A stretch of 64,000 nt of DNA. It comes from Callorhinchus milii. Lineage: Eukaryota. The notes below the pieces were generated by a model, which saw only the letters and a program-made list of their open reading frames with translations, was not told where the DNA came from and searched no databases. Shown in pieces: positions 23,134-37,004 of this stretch. Positions within the stretch are counted from its first letter, which is position 1, and each line of letters opens with the position of its first letter. The position numbers and the translations under genes were made by a program. Location of the stretch: contig NW_024704743.1 in assembly GCF_018977255.1 (NCBI RefSeq), positions 54,128,001-54,192,000 on the forward strand, written 5' to 3'.

Positions 23134-24354
23134 CTATTTAGAAAGAATTCACAGTTGGAGGATTATAATACACTTGTAAACAAAAATGACTCTACAACAG
23201 TTCATTCTTTGTGAATGTATGCAAACTCTTGAAAATAATGTTTTGTTCAAATATTGTAACTAGATATCCTGATATCTGTCAACCTATGCGTGACCGCCTC
23301 TGGATTTTGCAAATTTATTTCACTCATGACCGTGAGTCCCTGCACACTGCTCCTGAAGCAAATTGGCAAGTATGTGATTTACAAACCGATCAAGTCTCAA
23401 AGAAGGTAATGGTGAAAATAACAAACGTCATAGTGTGTACAGCCTGACGTCATCAGTGACCAGCGAGTGTCTCAGCGACATCCCAGCCTCTGGCTGCAGA
23501 GACGGAACAGAGATTGTGAAAAATGTAAACCCGGTTAGGCACATTACATCACCAAATTTAAAAATTTGCAATTAGGTAGCTATTTGGTAAATATTTCAAT
23601 TGAGAAGCATAATATAATAAAGGATTACATTGGAACCAGCCTGATGGATTGACCACAATGGGCTTTCTGGGCATGTACATGCCTATACTGTGGAGGGGAA
23701 ACCAGGTACATGAAACTTACTTATACAGATTTAAATATATTCACATCAATCACAGAACTCTTCATTTACCTCAAGCTAGCTTTCAACAGAATCCTGGCGT
23801 GAGGTAATCAAATGTTTACAGAAACAATATAATACGCCATCAGAAGTAATTTAAACACCTTAAATTAGATACACTACCTCATTATATGAGGTGCAGGAGC
23901 AGTTTACATATTACAGGGAATCCTCACTGTAATGCAATCAGCTGGGTCTAATGTCTCAATGACCGCACTATAAACAAGGTTGTGAGATCACTGCTGACAT
24001 AATTTCATGTGTACTGCACGTATGTGAGTCATGCACAGAAAATGACGCTTGAATCACTTCTAGCATAATGTTAGTAGCAAATAGTACTCAGGCACTCAGG
24101 AGGTGAAGACCCTACAACTGGCCATGTTTTCGCAGAAGAAGCTGGCTAATCAGTGCTGGTAGCCAGACCACCAGACTTGCAGTTAAGCGCAGGTTCACAG
24201 GAGACCTGTGCTATCAGTGAGACAAGCACAATATCGAAGGGATATAACTGGTTTTCTTAACACAACACTGAATGCTGAGTTCATGTCACTGATTCCTTGT
24301 GTGAGGTGTTCCCAAATTACGAGATACTGAATACTATCCACCTGGGGAAGGGGA

Positions 24355-26250
24355 TAACAACCACCACAAAATTACATTTGTATAGCGCCTTTCACGTCGC
24401 AAGGATGCTGCACGCTGGACACTCAGTGTTTCGGACCCGAGCTGGAATCAGTGAGACTGGAGGGCAGGGGGGAAGGAGGGTGACCAAAGGCACGGTCAAA
24501 GCGGAGGGTCTCGAGGTGGATCTTGAAGGTGGAAAGGGAGGGGGTGAGGCAGAGGGACTTCAGGATGGAGTTACAGAGGGTCGGGGCAGTGACAGTGACA
24601 GAAGGCCTGCCCACCAATGGTGGGACGGGCGAGGCGGAAGACGTGAAGCAGACTGGAGCCTGCTGAGCAGAGGGAGTGAGCAGGCTGCTAGGGGGTTAGA
24701 AGGTCGCAGAGCTATGGGGGAGCAGGGCCGTGGGGGGCTTCAAAGGTGAGGATCAGGATCTTGAACTGTATTCTCTGTGTGACAGGAAGCCAGTGGAGTC
24801 AGGCGTGGATGGGGGTGATGGGATCGCTGAGCCTGGTGCTGGAGAGGACACGGGCTACAGAGTTCTGGATGATCTGCAGCCTATGCAAGGAGGAATTGGG
24901 GAAGCTGGCAAGCAGGGAGTTTGCGTAGTCAGCCTCGATGTTATGTATGAGGGTCTCGGCGGCTTGCGGTGTGAGACAGTGGCAGAGCTGGGTGATGTTG
25001 CGGAGATGGGGGAAAGGCAGAGTGGGTCATGGTGCAGATGTGAGGTAGAAAGGATAGTTGAGGATCAAACAAGATGCCAAGATTCCGGACTGGCTTAGTA
25101 AGGTGGAGTGTGCATCCTTGGATGGTAATGCTGTCAGCGCCTGAGGTGAGGAGATGCTGATGGGAACCAATCAGGAAAACTCTCATCCAGGACTTGATGT
25201 CTGACAGAGTTAAGGGTGGAGACAGAGAGATAGGGTCCTGTAGATCAGTGGTTAAGGACTCGCTTTGCAAGCGAGAGACCTGAGGTCAATTCCAGGCAGG
25301 GCGAAACCTTGGGCAAGTTTCCTTACTCCACACGCCTAATAATAATCCCTCCAAAACCCAAAAACAATAATAAATTGATCATTTTCAATCTACGACTGTT
25401 TGTGGGACATTGCTGTGCGCAATTGGCTGCCGCGTTCTTCCACAAATATACAGTCAATTCACTTTACTGTGTGTTCTGTGAAGCGCTTTGGGATGTCCTC
25501 CCGACGCTATATCAAATGCAAGGATTATTATTTATTATTATTAGAGTTGCGTGTCATCCGCATACATATGTAAATTGACTCCATGTCTGCAGATGATGTC
25601 ACCAAGAGGGACCATATAGATACTGAAGAGGGGATCAAGGACAGAGCCCTGAGGAACGCTGCACGAGACAGTGCAGGGGCTAGAGGAGAAGCTGTTTGTG
25701 GAGATGAAGTAGAGATGGTCCATTCAAGGACATAATCATGAAGGTTGAGGTGAGAGGAGAAGCGGTGGATGAGGATAGAGTGGTTAATGGTATGGCTGGC
25801 AGCAGAGAGATCAAGGAGGACCAGGAGGCAAGGGAGCCCTAGTCATAGAAGGACAAAATGTCATTTGTCACTTTGACCAAAGCTATTTCTGTGCTGTGGG
25901 CGGCACGGAAACCCTATTGGAGGGGTTCAAGAAGGGAGTGGCGGGAGAGCAGTGAAGCTGGGAAGCAAAAACTCGTTACAGGACCTTGAAAAGGAAAGGG
26001 AGGCTGGAGATAGGGCGGACGTTTGTGCACAGTGATGGGTCCAGGGAGGATTTTTTAAGGATAGGAGTGATGACAGACATTTTTTAATGGGATGGGAACA
26101 GTACCAGTGGAGAAGGAGAGGTTTATGATGTCTGTGAGTAGGGGGGAAAGAGCTGAAGCTGGGAAGTAACGAGAGAGGGTTTCATGTGGGTTATGGTGGT
26201 GATGAGGGAGGAGGGGGAGACAGGTTCGAAGGTGTGGAGGGATGGGTGGG
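24355..26250 (-). mobile_element. L2 LINE interrupted by a SINE
   Basis: RT motifs VPQGSVL and HMYADDTQL (25541-25723), plus VRNLGILFDPQLSF and the 3' tail at about 24360. Confidence 0.85.
25233..25542 (+). mobile_element. tRNA-Ala Deu SINE inserted in L2
   Basis: Head GGTCCTGTAGATCAGTGGTTAAGGACTCGCTTTGCAAGCGAG, Deu core and (ATT)n tail. Confidence 0.85.
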
Positions 26251-26289
26251 GGCCAGATTATGAGGGGACGATAGGGAGGGGATTAGTGG

Positions 26290-26800
26290 TCAGAAGGGTA
26301 GAGACAGCTGAGCGGAAATAGGAGGCCGGAGCCAGTTGAGCAGATGCAGCAGGTGATGGAGTGGGGGGAAGTAGGTTGGATAGGTAGGGAAGTGTGAGGA
26401 AATGAAAAGATTTGAAAACAAGTGAGAGGATCTTGAAATCAATCCATTTGGTGATTGGGAGCCAATGGAGCCTGGCAAGGAATGGTGTGATGCGGTTACA
26501 GAGTTTCGTGTGGGTGAGTATCTGTGCAGCGGAGTTTTGAATTAATTGGATTTTGTGTATGATGGAGCTGGGGAAACTAGCCAGGAGGGTATTGGAATAG
26601 TCCAGTCGGGAAGTGACGAAGGCATGGACAAGGGTTTCAGATACATTGGTTATGAGGTTTGGATGGAGGCAGGCAATGTGGTGGAGTTGGAAAAAAGCAG
26701 TGCTGGTTAGGGAACGGATGTGTGATAGAATGGAAAGCTAGGGATCTATCCTCACACCTAAGTTGCACTTGTGTAGGTGGGATGCATGGAATTCTCAGTT
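26290..26800 (-). mobile_element. Older diverged L2 fragment
   Basis: Reverse-strand remnants of the LVHAFVTSRLDYSN and LHWLP regions. Confidence 0.65.
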
Positions 26801-27018
26801 TGGTTTGGAGACGCTAAACCATGGGCGATGGATTTGTACATGTGACAGACGCCTAGCTGACCAAACAAAACAAATTCAGACATGGTATTGGGGAAAGTGC
26901 CAAGCAGAGGGCCGCCACTTCCCTACAGGAAGGAAACATGAGAAGGCAAGAATCTTGCGGCGCTCTTAAATATTTTCCAGAACATGGCTAAGGAATAAGC
27001 AGCGACCAGGAAGCAGGC

Positions 27019-27220
27019 TACAACAACAACAACAAAATTACATTTATAGAGCGCCTTTCACGTCGGGAGGACGTCCCAAAGCGCTGAACAGTCAGGTGCC
27101 AGGGCCCGAGCATGGGGGAAGGGGTGGTGTAGGGGTGAGGGAAGGCAGAGAGGTGGGAGGGAGACCAAAGGCACGGTCGAAGAGAAGGGTCTTGAGACCG
27201 GCCTTGAAGGAGGCAAGGGG
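27019..27220 (-). mobile_element. Young L2 3' end fragment
   Basis: Near-identical to 15250-15440; (GTT)n tail. Confidence 0.88.
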
Positions 27221-28506
27221 GAAGAGAGGAGAAGGGACTACTTGTTCACTGCCTCAGCTGGGAGACCAGAATGAGATATTTCCCAAAAGTAAATTGCTGA
27301 GGTTTGAAGGAAGCTCTTTTCATTTAATGTAAGATGTTTTAACATTGGATAAAACAATGAATATTGGGTAATTTTTTTTTGGTCAGTCATGCTTTAAAGT
27401 ATCCAGACCAGTCAGAATTCCACAAATGTATGCCACCTGCACATGGAAATTTCCCTGTGTCTGGAATGGAAACCATCTCCCTAGAGGCATGGTCTCTGCT
27501 TACCGAATTTCAGAGAGCATTAATCACAGGTTGGCAAGAGTAAAGCAACCTCAGACTGAACCTTGGGGTATTGCTGGACTCAAACCAGCTAATACCGATT
27601 AGCTTGCCATTGAAAGCACTGTCTATCTAGCAAGCTTCCTATGCTTGTACTACTGGGACCACCCCTTCTATTAGAGCCTAATCAATCAATATTCCATAAT
27701 AAACGGTATCTATTCAGCAACCACCTGTCTAACACAGCCATCTCTGATTTAGTGTATTAGTGTACAGATACCCTTTCCAGGGGCCAGTTCTAAGTGAATT
27801 GAAGTTCATTACCAATTTTCACAAGCCCAATGTAGATTCCCGCTAGATTCCTAGCACATTTACCAACACCGCACTGAGCAGCTCACGTGATGCCCACAGC
27901 TTCCCACCTCACCTGTGAGGCTTCGTACGTCTAAAAACATTTTTTGGATCCAGTCAATAAACCTTTGTCATTTATCCTTTGAACATTGAAAGCTTCTTAG
28001 ATAATAATCCAGGTCTGGAAGGATTAGTATCTTACATGGAGCCTAAGCTAAATTGTTTCAACGACTTTCTTGTAGTTTTGCAGTGTCATCACTATAATTT
28101 GGCACAAATGGATATTATATTCGCGATATTATTCAGCAGAGTCACCAGGATGGCTGGTTCAACATCAAACTAGGGCAATGCTCTTGTAAAATTGAGGTTA
28201 GGGTATAGTGTATTCATACCAAAATCTAAGCTTTTCTCACATTTATTGCTTTTAATCTTGCCTGTTCTATAATATTGATGCGGATGTGCCAAAATGTTTC
28301 ATCTCAAATCAAAAATCTCTCACCCAAACCACAAAACTCCACTGACATAAAATTAGAAAACTGCAATTTAATACTTTCCTCTATTCCGCCTCCTATGGTA
28401 CAATGTCCTTTTTGAAACTCTCACTTAATCAGATTAATTCAAAAATAGCTCCTAGAAATTCATGCCCCAGGACTTTGAATAAACTTCTAAAATTAGCGTC
28501 ACTCAC

Positions 28507-28741
28507 CTTCCTTCCCCATCTTTGCAGTTGGGGCATGAGCAGGCAACCCTTCTAAGCCTTTTGCCAGGCTGCGTGTCTTGGTCACTAGTTGTCTGCAGCT
28601 GTACCTGGGTGATATTGTTAGGGCTAACTGTGCCTAGCGTTGCATTTGCAATGTTTCCAACAGCTACTGTAACTGGAGTTACAGATGCAGGTTGTACTTT
28701 TAAATGCCATTTGGTGTCTCCTCCATCCTGGCTCTGTTGAC
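28507..28741 (-). CDS. SP4: SP4 coding exon 4 (Btd box RRVACSCPNC)
   Basis: Acceptor gttccacag, donor GAAG|gtgagt, 235 nt. Encodes GQQSQDG...PVTVAVGNIANATLGTVSP...QPGKRLRRVACSCPNCKDGEGR; phases fit the flanking exons. Confidence 0.97.
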
Positions 28742-30653
28742 CTGTGGAACACAAATAGATGCAAACCGATTTGATCTGGATGAGCATTGGACAATAAAGA
28801 AACATGAAAGTGTGCGGGGAGTTGAGATTGGAACAAATAGCCCAGAACCTGGCATTTTTGCACAGGCTCCAGGGACCAAATGACCTTCATTCGTGTTGCA
28901 ATTTCTAGGATTCTATAATTCTACCTTGACCATGTCTGTGCACAATACTTTCACCTGATAAAATAATCAAATTATTTTCCATCTAAATCTTCCTCCATTT
29001 TCTACTTAAGCGTTCAGTTTTTAAAAATAACAAAAGATTCTCAAAAATTGAGAATTAATTTATACTACTACTAATAGCAATAGCTGGAAGTCTACAATTG
29101 CATTCAAATTCTCTCTATATGCATTTTTGCAAATAAATACCCTTTTACTTGTTGCAAATCTCTAGTTTCAGAATGTATTATTCAATACCAACCCACCTTT
29201 TCTCAGGTGCTGCTTATCCTGTTAGATTAGTCACCTTGCTATCAGTTAAGATTAAATGATGAGAGCTATGTAGTTTTATCAAAAATTTCTGGTTGCACTT
29301 TATTCACTTTTGCCTACAAAACACAGACACTGACTACACTTTACAGTAAAATTCTGTAAACGCTTTGGGATGCCCCCTGATGTGAAAGGCGCTATACCAA
29401 GTATAAGAATTATTAATAATAATCCTCACATTTGGTATAGTGCCTTTTCACGTTGGAAGGATGTCTCAAAACACTTCACAGGATTTATTATGAAATCGAG
29501 CACTGTGCGTTTATAGGCAAATGCGGCAGCAGAACTGCGCCAGGAAATGAATGACTAATCTTATTTGAGGGAATGTTGGCCAGGATGCCGGGAGAAACTC
29601 CCTTCTCTTATTATTATTTCACATCCAAATCTTTGCACAATAATCTGTTTAATATTTAAATTTTTGGAGAAGTTGTTAAATGACTGAATTAGCTTTTCAA
29701 GAAACAAAGACCAACAACAATTTATATTCCTGCAGCGCCCTTCCCATGCCAGGGTAACTTCTTAGAGGGCTGAACAATGGAGTAGTTTTATGCCAAGTGG
29801 GAAGAAAATCCTGCAACTGCAGGCACAGTAAAAGAGGGAAGTCTTCAAGTGTGATCTGAAGACGGGTAAAGAGGGGGCAAGACAGAGGGATTGAGCTATT
29901 ATTTTGTAAGATTACAAACAGAAGCTCATAATGTTCAAACAAAGTTTGATGGATCCTTATTGGACAGACGGAGGGAGCTAAATTGATTTCAATCCTGTAT
30001 CCTCTCCACCAAAATAAAATCGGTGAACTTTTACACAGGATGTTAGTACTAGAGAATAGAGCACTTGTCCATTTCAGGCACTTGTGGTCATCCTCACGTA
30101 TTCCTATATCAAGTACAGTACAGAACAGCTTAGCACACAGAAGAGCTAACCTAAAAACATGTTTTAGCCACAACCTCAGAAGAGCATCTCATATGCCACC
30201 AGAGCGACATTTCCACTTCCTGACTAGATATTTTTGTGCCCTTTCTGAGTGAGATGACCAAGGGAGCGAACTCAAGACTTTGTGTTGTGGGGGCCACCCT
30301 CACAGAAGTAAGTTGTAAATATTTTAAAAATTCATTGCACAAAATGCTCTTCCAAATTATCCTATCAAAGTGCTGTGTATTCAAGCTCAGTATTCAGAGG
30401 TGAAAGGGAAATACTCAGCCACTATACATGTGGTTCTTCTGATATAACAACAACTTGCATGCCCTTCACGGGCATGCTGCGAGGCAGCATCTACGCACAA
30501 TACAGTCTTGTTTCAATTTGGTAATTTTGTACTTGTAGCCTCTGCTTCGCAAGAAAATAATCTGCTTGCAATTAGGTTATCCATCACACTCAGGATTTTC
30601 TAGGTTTGGTCCATGTTCCCCTTAATATTTTCTCCACTAAATCAAGCTTTCAG

Positions 30654-31071
30654 TAGCCTGGCTCATTTGGTAACACAATTGCCTCTGAGTCAGAAGGTTG
30701 TGTGTCCCAGCCCTACATTGGGACTTTAAGATCATAGCCTAGGCTGGCACTCCAATACATGCTTAGGCTACGCTGCATTGTCAGAGGTGCTATCCTTTGG
30801 AATAAGAAGTCAAACTCCGGTCCTGTCTGCCTGTTCAGGTGGACATTAAAGATCCAATGCCAATATTCAAAGAGAAAGGAATTTCTTTCGGTGTCCTGGT
30901 GAATTATCCACCAGATAAAACTGATCACTCACTGAATGGCATTTGTGGTACATTGCTGTGTACAAATTGGCAGCTGGGTTCGCCTTCAAAAATAGTCACC
31001 AGTAAAATACCTCAATCAAGCGCTTTGAGATGTTACAATATAAGGCGCTACATCAAGTGCCATGATTATTA
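30654..31071 (+). mobile_element. SacSINE1-like Deu SINE, near full length
   Basis: GCCTGGCTCATTTGGTA..GCCTCTGAGTCAGAAGGTTGTG head, body, Deu core and L2-like tail. Confidence 0.75.
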
Positions 31072-33079
31072 AATTCAGATCTGTGAATTTCCCTTTCCTG
31101 TTATCTGAAAGCTCCTCAGAAAAAAAACACAATATTAACTACAAAAGCAGATTGTTTTTAACTTGTGAATACAACTATTCTCAAACTTCAAAGATTTTAG
31201 TGTGGATTTAATCCGATTATTTCTCACCTAAATTGGAAATGGGTCATTTCTGGTTCCCTCTAGTGGGCAAAGGCACTACCCAATGCAGCACTAAGGCATA
31301 TAAACCATAAGGTATTACGTAGGATTCCTAAATCTTTGCCAGAAAGGCTGCAATTTTTCTAGTACTCCTGAGCCATTGGGGAAGGGGAAAAAAATAAATT
31401 AAATTAACCAGCATTCCTAGTGCAAAACCAAGAACTCCTGCTAGAAAAAATACATGTGTGGGTGATGGGAGGAAACAGATCATGATGACTGTAAGGCCCT
31501 CCAAAGAGTAACTGCCTGCCGCCACTCACTGTCTATGTTCACACATGAAGAAAGGCCATTTGGGAAGAGCCGTCACTTAAGGGGAGATGATTGGAACAAA
31601 ATAGGATCCGAAACAAAGTACTGAAAACATAGTTTGTAGAAATTATTTTATTTAAAAAAATATTGCCCTCCAAGCTTCTCCCTCCTCCAAAAAAAAGTGC
31701 CAACTAAAGCTGAGAGTAACAAACATTATGTTATGGGGATTATTAAACCATGAGATTTGTGGCTAAGTGTAACATTTAGATTGCCTTCTCGGCAAAGTCA
31801 GTACAATCTACAAGTATAAGTCAGTGATCTACATAAGTGATACTGGAAGTCCTATTACTGTATTCTATGTGGGTTATGGAAAATTCTGAAATGCACTGTA
31901 GCTACTATAACACATTAGCAAACAGGATATGTCGTCCATGCCAGGGTTTATATTCCACACGAGCCTCTACACCTCTAAATCCTCTCTCAGACGTCCCTAT
32001 ATTCCCTTCTGCCTCATGTAGGCATCAAGATTCCTCTTATATAATGCTGATGCTTTTTGTTTCGACCACAGCTTCCAGGAGTGAGTTCCACATTCTCACC
32101 ACCTTCTGGGTAAAGACAATCCTCCTAAACTCCTTTTAGCTATGCTGTAGACTATTTTATATTTGCGTTCCCTCCTTTAGGAACACCAGCAGGTGAGGAC
32201 AGCCCATCAACACCCACTTATTCATTCCCGTCATATTTTGAAACACCTCTGTCAGGGCCCTCCATCTCAATTGTCTCATCTCCAGAAAATTGCTTTAACC
32301 TGGCCAATCATTCTTGATAGCACACGTCCCTGGAAGCATCTTCATACATCTACACTGCATTCTCTCCAATGCTACCTCTTCCAAGTATCACATCTCAATT
32401 CTGGCTCTCTTCCACACAATAGTACACAACACTCTCCTTCACAATGGAGAAGAACTGGCTTGTATGACTACTTTAGTCTTCTTGGTACCATGTATTTTAT
32501 TAACGCCCAACATTCAGCTGTGTTCCCATACACTCCTGTAATGGGAATGGTTGTCACAAGAAATCTTCAAACACATGAATAAATCTATTAGTTTCCAGGA
32601 ACCTGTCATGTTGCTTATTGTCATGCGATTGTTTTCTTTATTCCCAGTACAATTTTTTTTCAGAGGGCTGAGTTTTGCTCTCAGTATGTTGATTTGTGTA
32701 TTGCTAACTTTGTAAGGTATTTAAGTGTGCTAGTTTGCGGAAAGTTGGATACGCTTTGCATTTCAATTGGTTTCTAATTGGGATTGCATTCATGTCTTGA
32801 AAGCTACCTTATGACAGCTGACAGCTTTGTGACAAAGACATCAGTACAGCAGCTAATGCTCACCATGTATCTGAAAAAAGAAGTAACCTGGCATTTCACA
32901 GCCATTTGTCTGTTGAAATGATGTTAAGAACATTAGTTTTACATTGCAGCCCAACAGAGTCCTAGTAACATGAAGCTCGGAGGCAGAGAGAGTGGATTAC
33001 TGCTTTTGTGACAGCCTGGCTCGGTTGGCAGCCCTCTTGCCTCTGGGTCAGGAGGTTGTATGCTCATGTCCTGTGACCG

Positions 33080-34548
33080 ACCTGGTCAAAGTGACAAATG
33101 ACATTCTGTCCATCTGCCTTCTCGTCCTCCTTGACCTCTCTGCTGCTTTCGACACTGTCGACCACTCTATCCTCATCCATCGCCTCTCCTCTCACCTCAA
33201 CCTCCATGGCGCTGTCCTTTATTGGTTCGGATCGTATCTCTCACACCGCCTGCACTTCATCTCCTCAAACGGTTTCTCCTCTAGCCCTCGGACTGTCTCG
33301 TGTGGTGTTCCTCAGGGATCTGTCCTTGGTCCCCTCCTCTTCAACATCTATATGCTCCCTCTTGGTGACATCATCCGCGGACACGGGGTCAACTTCCACA
33401 TACATGCGGATGACACCCAACTCTACCTCTCTGCCTCCACCCTTGACCACTGCTGTGCTGACAGAATGTCTGTGAGACATCAAGTCCTGGATGAGAGCTA
33501 ACTTTTTTAGTTGAACGTCAACAAGACCGAGGCTCTCCTGATTGGCTCCTGTCAGTGCCTCCACACCTCAGGCACTGACAGAATCACCATCCATGGTGCT
33601 CACTCCACCTTACTAAGCCGGTCAGGAACCTTGGTGTCTTGTTTGACCCTCAACTATCCTTTCTACCCCACATCTGAGCCATGACCCGCTCTGCCTTCCC
33701 CTACCTCTGCGACGTCGCCCGGCTCTGCCACTGTCTCACACCGCAGGTCGCCGCAGGTCTGAGAGGATGGCCGAGGCCGATTCGATAACTACTTTTAAAA
33801 ACGTGGTGGACGGGTATTTGAGGAGGACGGGTTTGCAGGGTTATGGGGAAAGGGCTGGGGAGTGGGATTGACATTAACTGCTCTATTCAAAGAGCCGGCA
33901 CAGACTCGATGGGCCGAATGGCCTCTTTTTGTGATGTACGATTCTATGATTACATACACGCCTTCATTACATCGAGGCTCGACTATGCAAACTCACTGCT
34001 TGTGGGCCTCCCCAACTCCTCCCTCCACAGGCTGCAGATCATTCAGAATTCTGCAGCCCATGTCCTCTCCCACACCAGGCTCTGCGACCCTATCACTCCC
34101 ATCTTTGCCCAACTCCACTGGCTTCCCATAACACAGAGGATACACAGAGTTCAAGATCCTTGTCCTCACCTTCAAAGCCCTCCACGGTCTTGCTCCCCTC
34201 TACCTCTCCGACCTCCTAATCCCTACCACCCTGTTTGCTCCCTCTGTTCAGCGGGCTCTGGCCTGATTCACGTTCCCCCACTTTGCTCGCCCTACTATTG
34301 GCAGGCGGGCTTTCCGCCACTCTGCATCCACCCTCAGGAACCCCATCCCACAGTTGCTCCGTCTCGCCCCCTCCCTCGCCACCTTCAAGACCCTCCTCTT
34401 CGACCGTGGTTTCGATCTCCCTGCTTCCCCCCCGCCCTCCCCCACCCCGACCCTTAGCTAGGGTCCGTAACTCTATCTGTCCAGCGCCTTGGGACAACCT
34501 CCCGACGTGAAAGGTGCTATACAAATGTAATTTTGCTGTTGTTGTTAT
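33080..34548 (+). mobile_element. L2 LINE (plus strand) inside a SacSINE1-like element, itself carrying a CR1 3' end (about 33757-33950)
   Basis: [50 protein letters not shown] and the L2 tail. The internal segment ends GGGCCGAATGGCCTC...GATTCTATGAT. Confidence 0.9.
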
Positions 34549-35155
34549 GTACTTTGAGATCAAAGTCTAGCTGACATTCAATGTGGTATGAATGCTGCAT
34601 TGTTGGGGTTAAACCAAAATCCCATTACTTTCCAACTGGACGTTATAGATACCATGGTTACTCAAAGATAAGGACGTTTCTCCCAATTTCTGGCCAACAA
34701 TCAACCAATTAAATTGGTCATTCACCTTCTGGCTGTTCTGGCTGGGACATTCCTGTGTGCAAACTGGCTGCCACATTTACCTACAAATACACATTCACTA
34801 CACTTTGATGTGATAAGGTGCTATATCAAATGCAAGAATTATTATTATTATTAGGAATAATAAGATTACATTTATATAGTGTCCTTCACAAAAACTAATG
34901 TCTCAGGCTTGACCTGAACAGGGGGGGTTGGTGGAAAAAAAGGAGGTGGCCTGTGCATGGTCAAAGAGGCAGATTTGAAGACATCTTTTAAAGATAGAAA
35001 GGGAGAAAGACAGAGATAGAGGGGTTGAAGTAGAATGTTTCAGTGGCTGATATCCCAATAAATCACTACGCATGTGAAAAAAAATGCTATTTTTGCTATT
35101 TTAACAGAGATTTTTGCTGAACTATTATAGAATTGCAGTATTCTTCCATCTAGAT

Positions 35156-35329
35156 CGGTGGTGGCCAACCTTTATGGCATAAATCAAGAAATATTCAATC
35201 AAGAGAAACTGAAAACGCACTAACGATCGAACATGGACTTACCTAGACTCAAGCGAATGTTCGGGGGGCCACTTCTTTACGGCCCCGCGAGCCACTTCCG
35301 GCCCGCGGGCCACAGGTAGGCCACCACTG
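35156..35329. mobile_element. hAT-superfamily (Charlie/Buster-like) MITE, 174 bp
   Basis: TIRs CGGTGGTGGCCAACCT / AGGTAGGCCACCACTG and an exact 8-bp TSD ATCTAGAT at 35148-35155 and 35330-35337. Confidence 0.88.
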
Positions 35330-36420
35330 ATCTAGATGAAGCATATCTAATGTAACTCGACAACTTATAAAAAGAATATAAAAATCACACTGAAAACTTT
35401 GACACAGTGCATTACTAAAAAAAATGCTGTTCTCCATTTTGACTTCATCACAAACTATGGTAAATGTATAATTATCCTACAACTATCTTTTATTTTGCTT
35501 CCAGCTGATTTTCTCACCCCTCAAACAATCAAACAGGTTCACGTTTTACCAAGTTAGTGTGGGCAACATTTGGTGCATCTTGTTGTGTTATATTATGCAG
35601 TGATGTGAAAGCCTTACTATAAAGAGGGCACCTGAGAGATTAAGGCAATGACTCAATCTGAGCCCAGAGCGATAACAGAGAAGATATAGCATTGCAATAA
35701 TGGTGCAAGATCAAGACATGACATTTTAGGTAGATAAACAGATCTTGAAGATCCCAGATTTGATTCACTGTCTGCAGTTAGCTGTTATTAGCAGGGGGCG
35801 CCCTACGGGCACCAAAATTGACCTAATTCAGATTTCCTGCTCCTCATCACTGTCCAGTAACTCCTGCTGCTGCTGCTGTGCATGCTAATGCCAAGTAAGG
35901 ACAATATCAGACTCAGCTATAATGCTACAGGGAACAAAATAGCTTGCCAACACTCACGGTCAATGGTCAGCAACAAACAACAATTGGACGGTGACCAGCA
36001 TTCACTGACCCATACTCATAGCAGAAAGGAAAAAAACAGCAAACACATTTAAAGGAAAAAGGGAAATTTTGATAGAGAAAAGACCATTAGGAATTATAAT
36101 AATAATAATCTTTCTTGTATTTGATACCGGTCCTTCCAAGTCAACAGAAGGCCTCATAATAATTCATAGGATTTACTGCAAAATGTAAAGAGACAGGTGT
36201 GAATACTCTGAAGCATGGTGATGGGTTTCCACATGTGTCAGTCACTTAGCTGACAAAAAAGAACGAGGCAGCCATTTGTGCACAGCAATGTCCCACAAAC
36301 AGTTATAAAGTGAATGACCAATTTTACATGTGGAATTGTTGTCCAGAACATCAGCCGAAATTCCCTTATCTTTCAAATAGCACTATGGGACTTTTAATAT
36401 CCACTTGAAAGGCAGACAGG

Positions 36421-36980
36421 ACAACAACAACAAAACTACATTTGTAAAGTGCCTTTCACGTGGGGAGGACTTCCCAAGGCGCTAAACAGTCGGGGATCAG
36501 AACCCGAGCTTGGGGTGCAGGGTTGGGATGAGGGAAGGGAGAGAGGTAGGAGGGCAGCTGAAGGTACGGTCAAAAAGGAGGATCTTGAGTCGTGCCTTGA
36601 AGGAGGCAAGGGAGGGAGCAACGTGAAGGGATTATGGGATGGAGTTCCAAAGGGTGGGGGCAAAGAGACTAAAAGCCCGGCTGCTGATGATAGGGTGGGA
36701 GAGTTCTGAATAATCCGCAGCTTGTGGATGGAAGAGTTGGAGAGGCCAACAAGGAGGGAGTTTCTGTAGTCGAGCCTTAAGGTGACAAATGCGTGTAAGA
36801 GGGTTTCGGCGGCCTGAGGGGTGCAGCAGTGGCTGAGTCAGACAATGTTGCAAAGGTGGGGAATGCAGAGCAGGTTATGTCATGGATATGGGGGAGAAAG
36901 GACAGTTGAGGGTCGAACAAGATGCCCAAGTTCCTGGCTGGCCTGGTGAGGTGGAGTGTGCATTCACAGACAGCATGGAC
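36421..36980 (-). mobile_element. L2 fragment with internal deletion, inside an older SINE (36260-36420, 37325-37435)
   Basis: (GTT)n tail, RAFSLFAPTLWNSIP and an LGILFDPQL-type region. Confidence 0.75.
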
Positions 36981-37004
36981 TTGAACTTAATGTCTAATCT
37001 TCAT

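Noticed and set aside
29697..30384. 158-aa and neighbouring ORFs in SP4 intron 3
   Set aside because: No recognisable domain, non-ATG starts for several, and no convincing splice signals.
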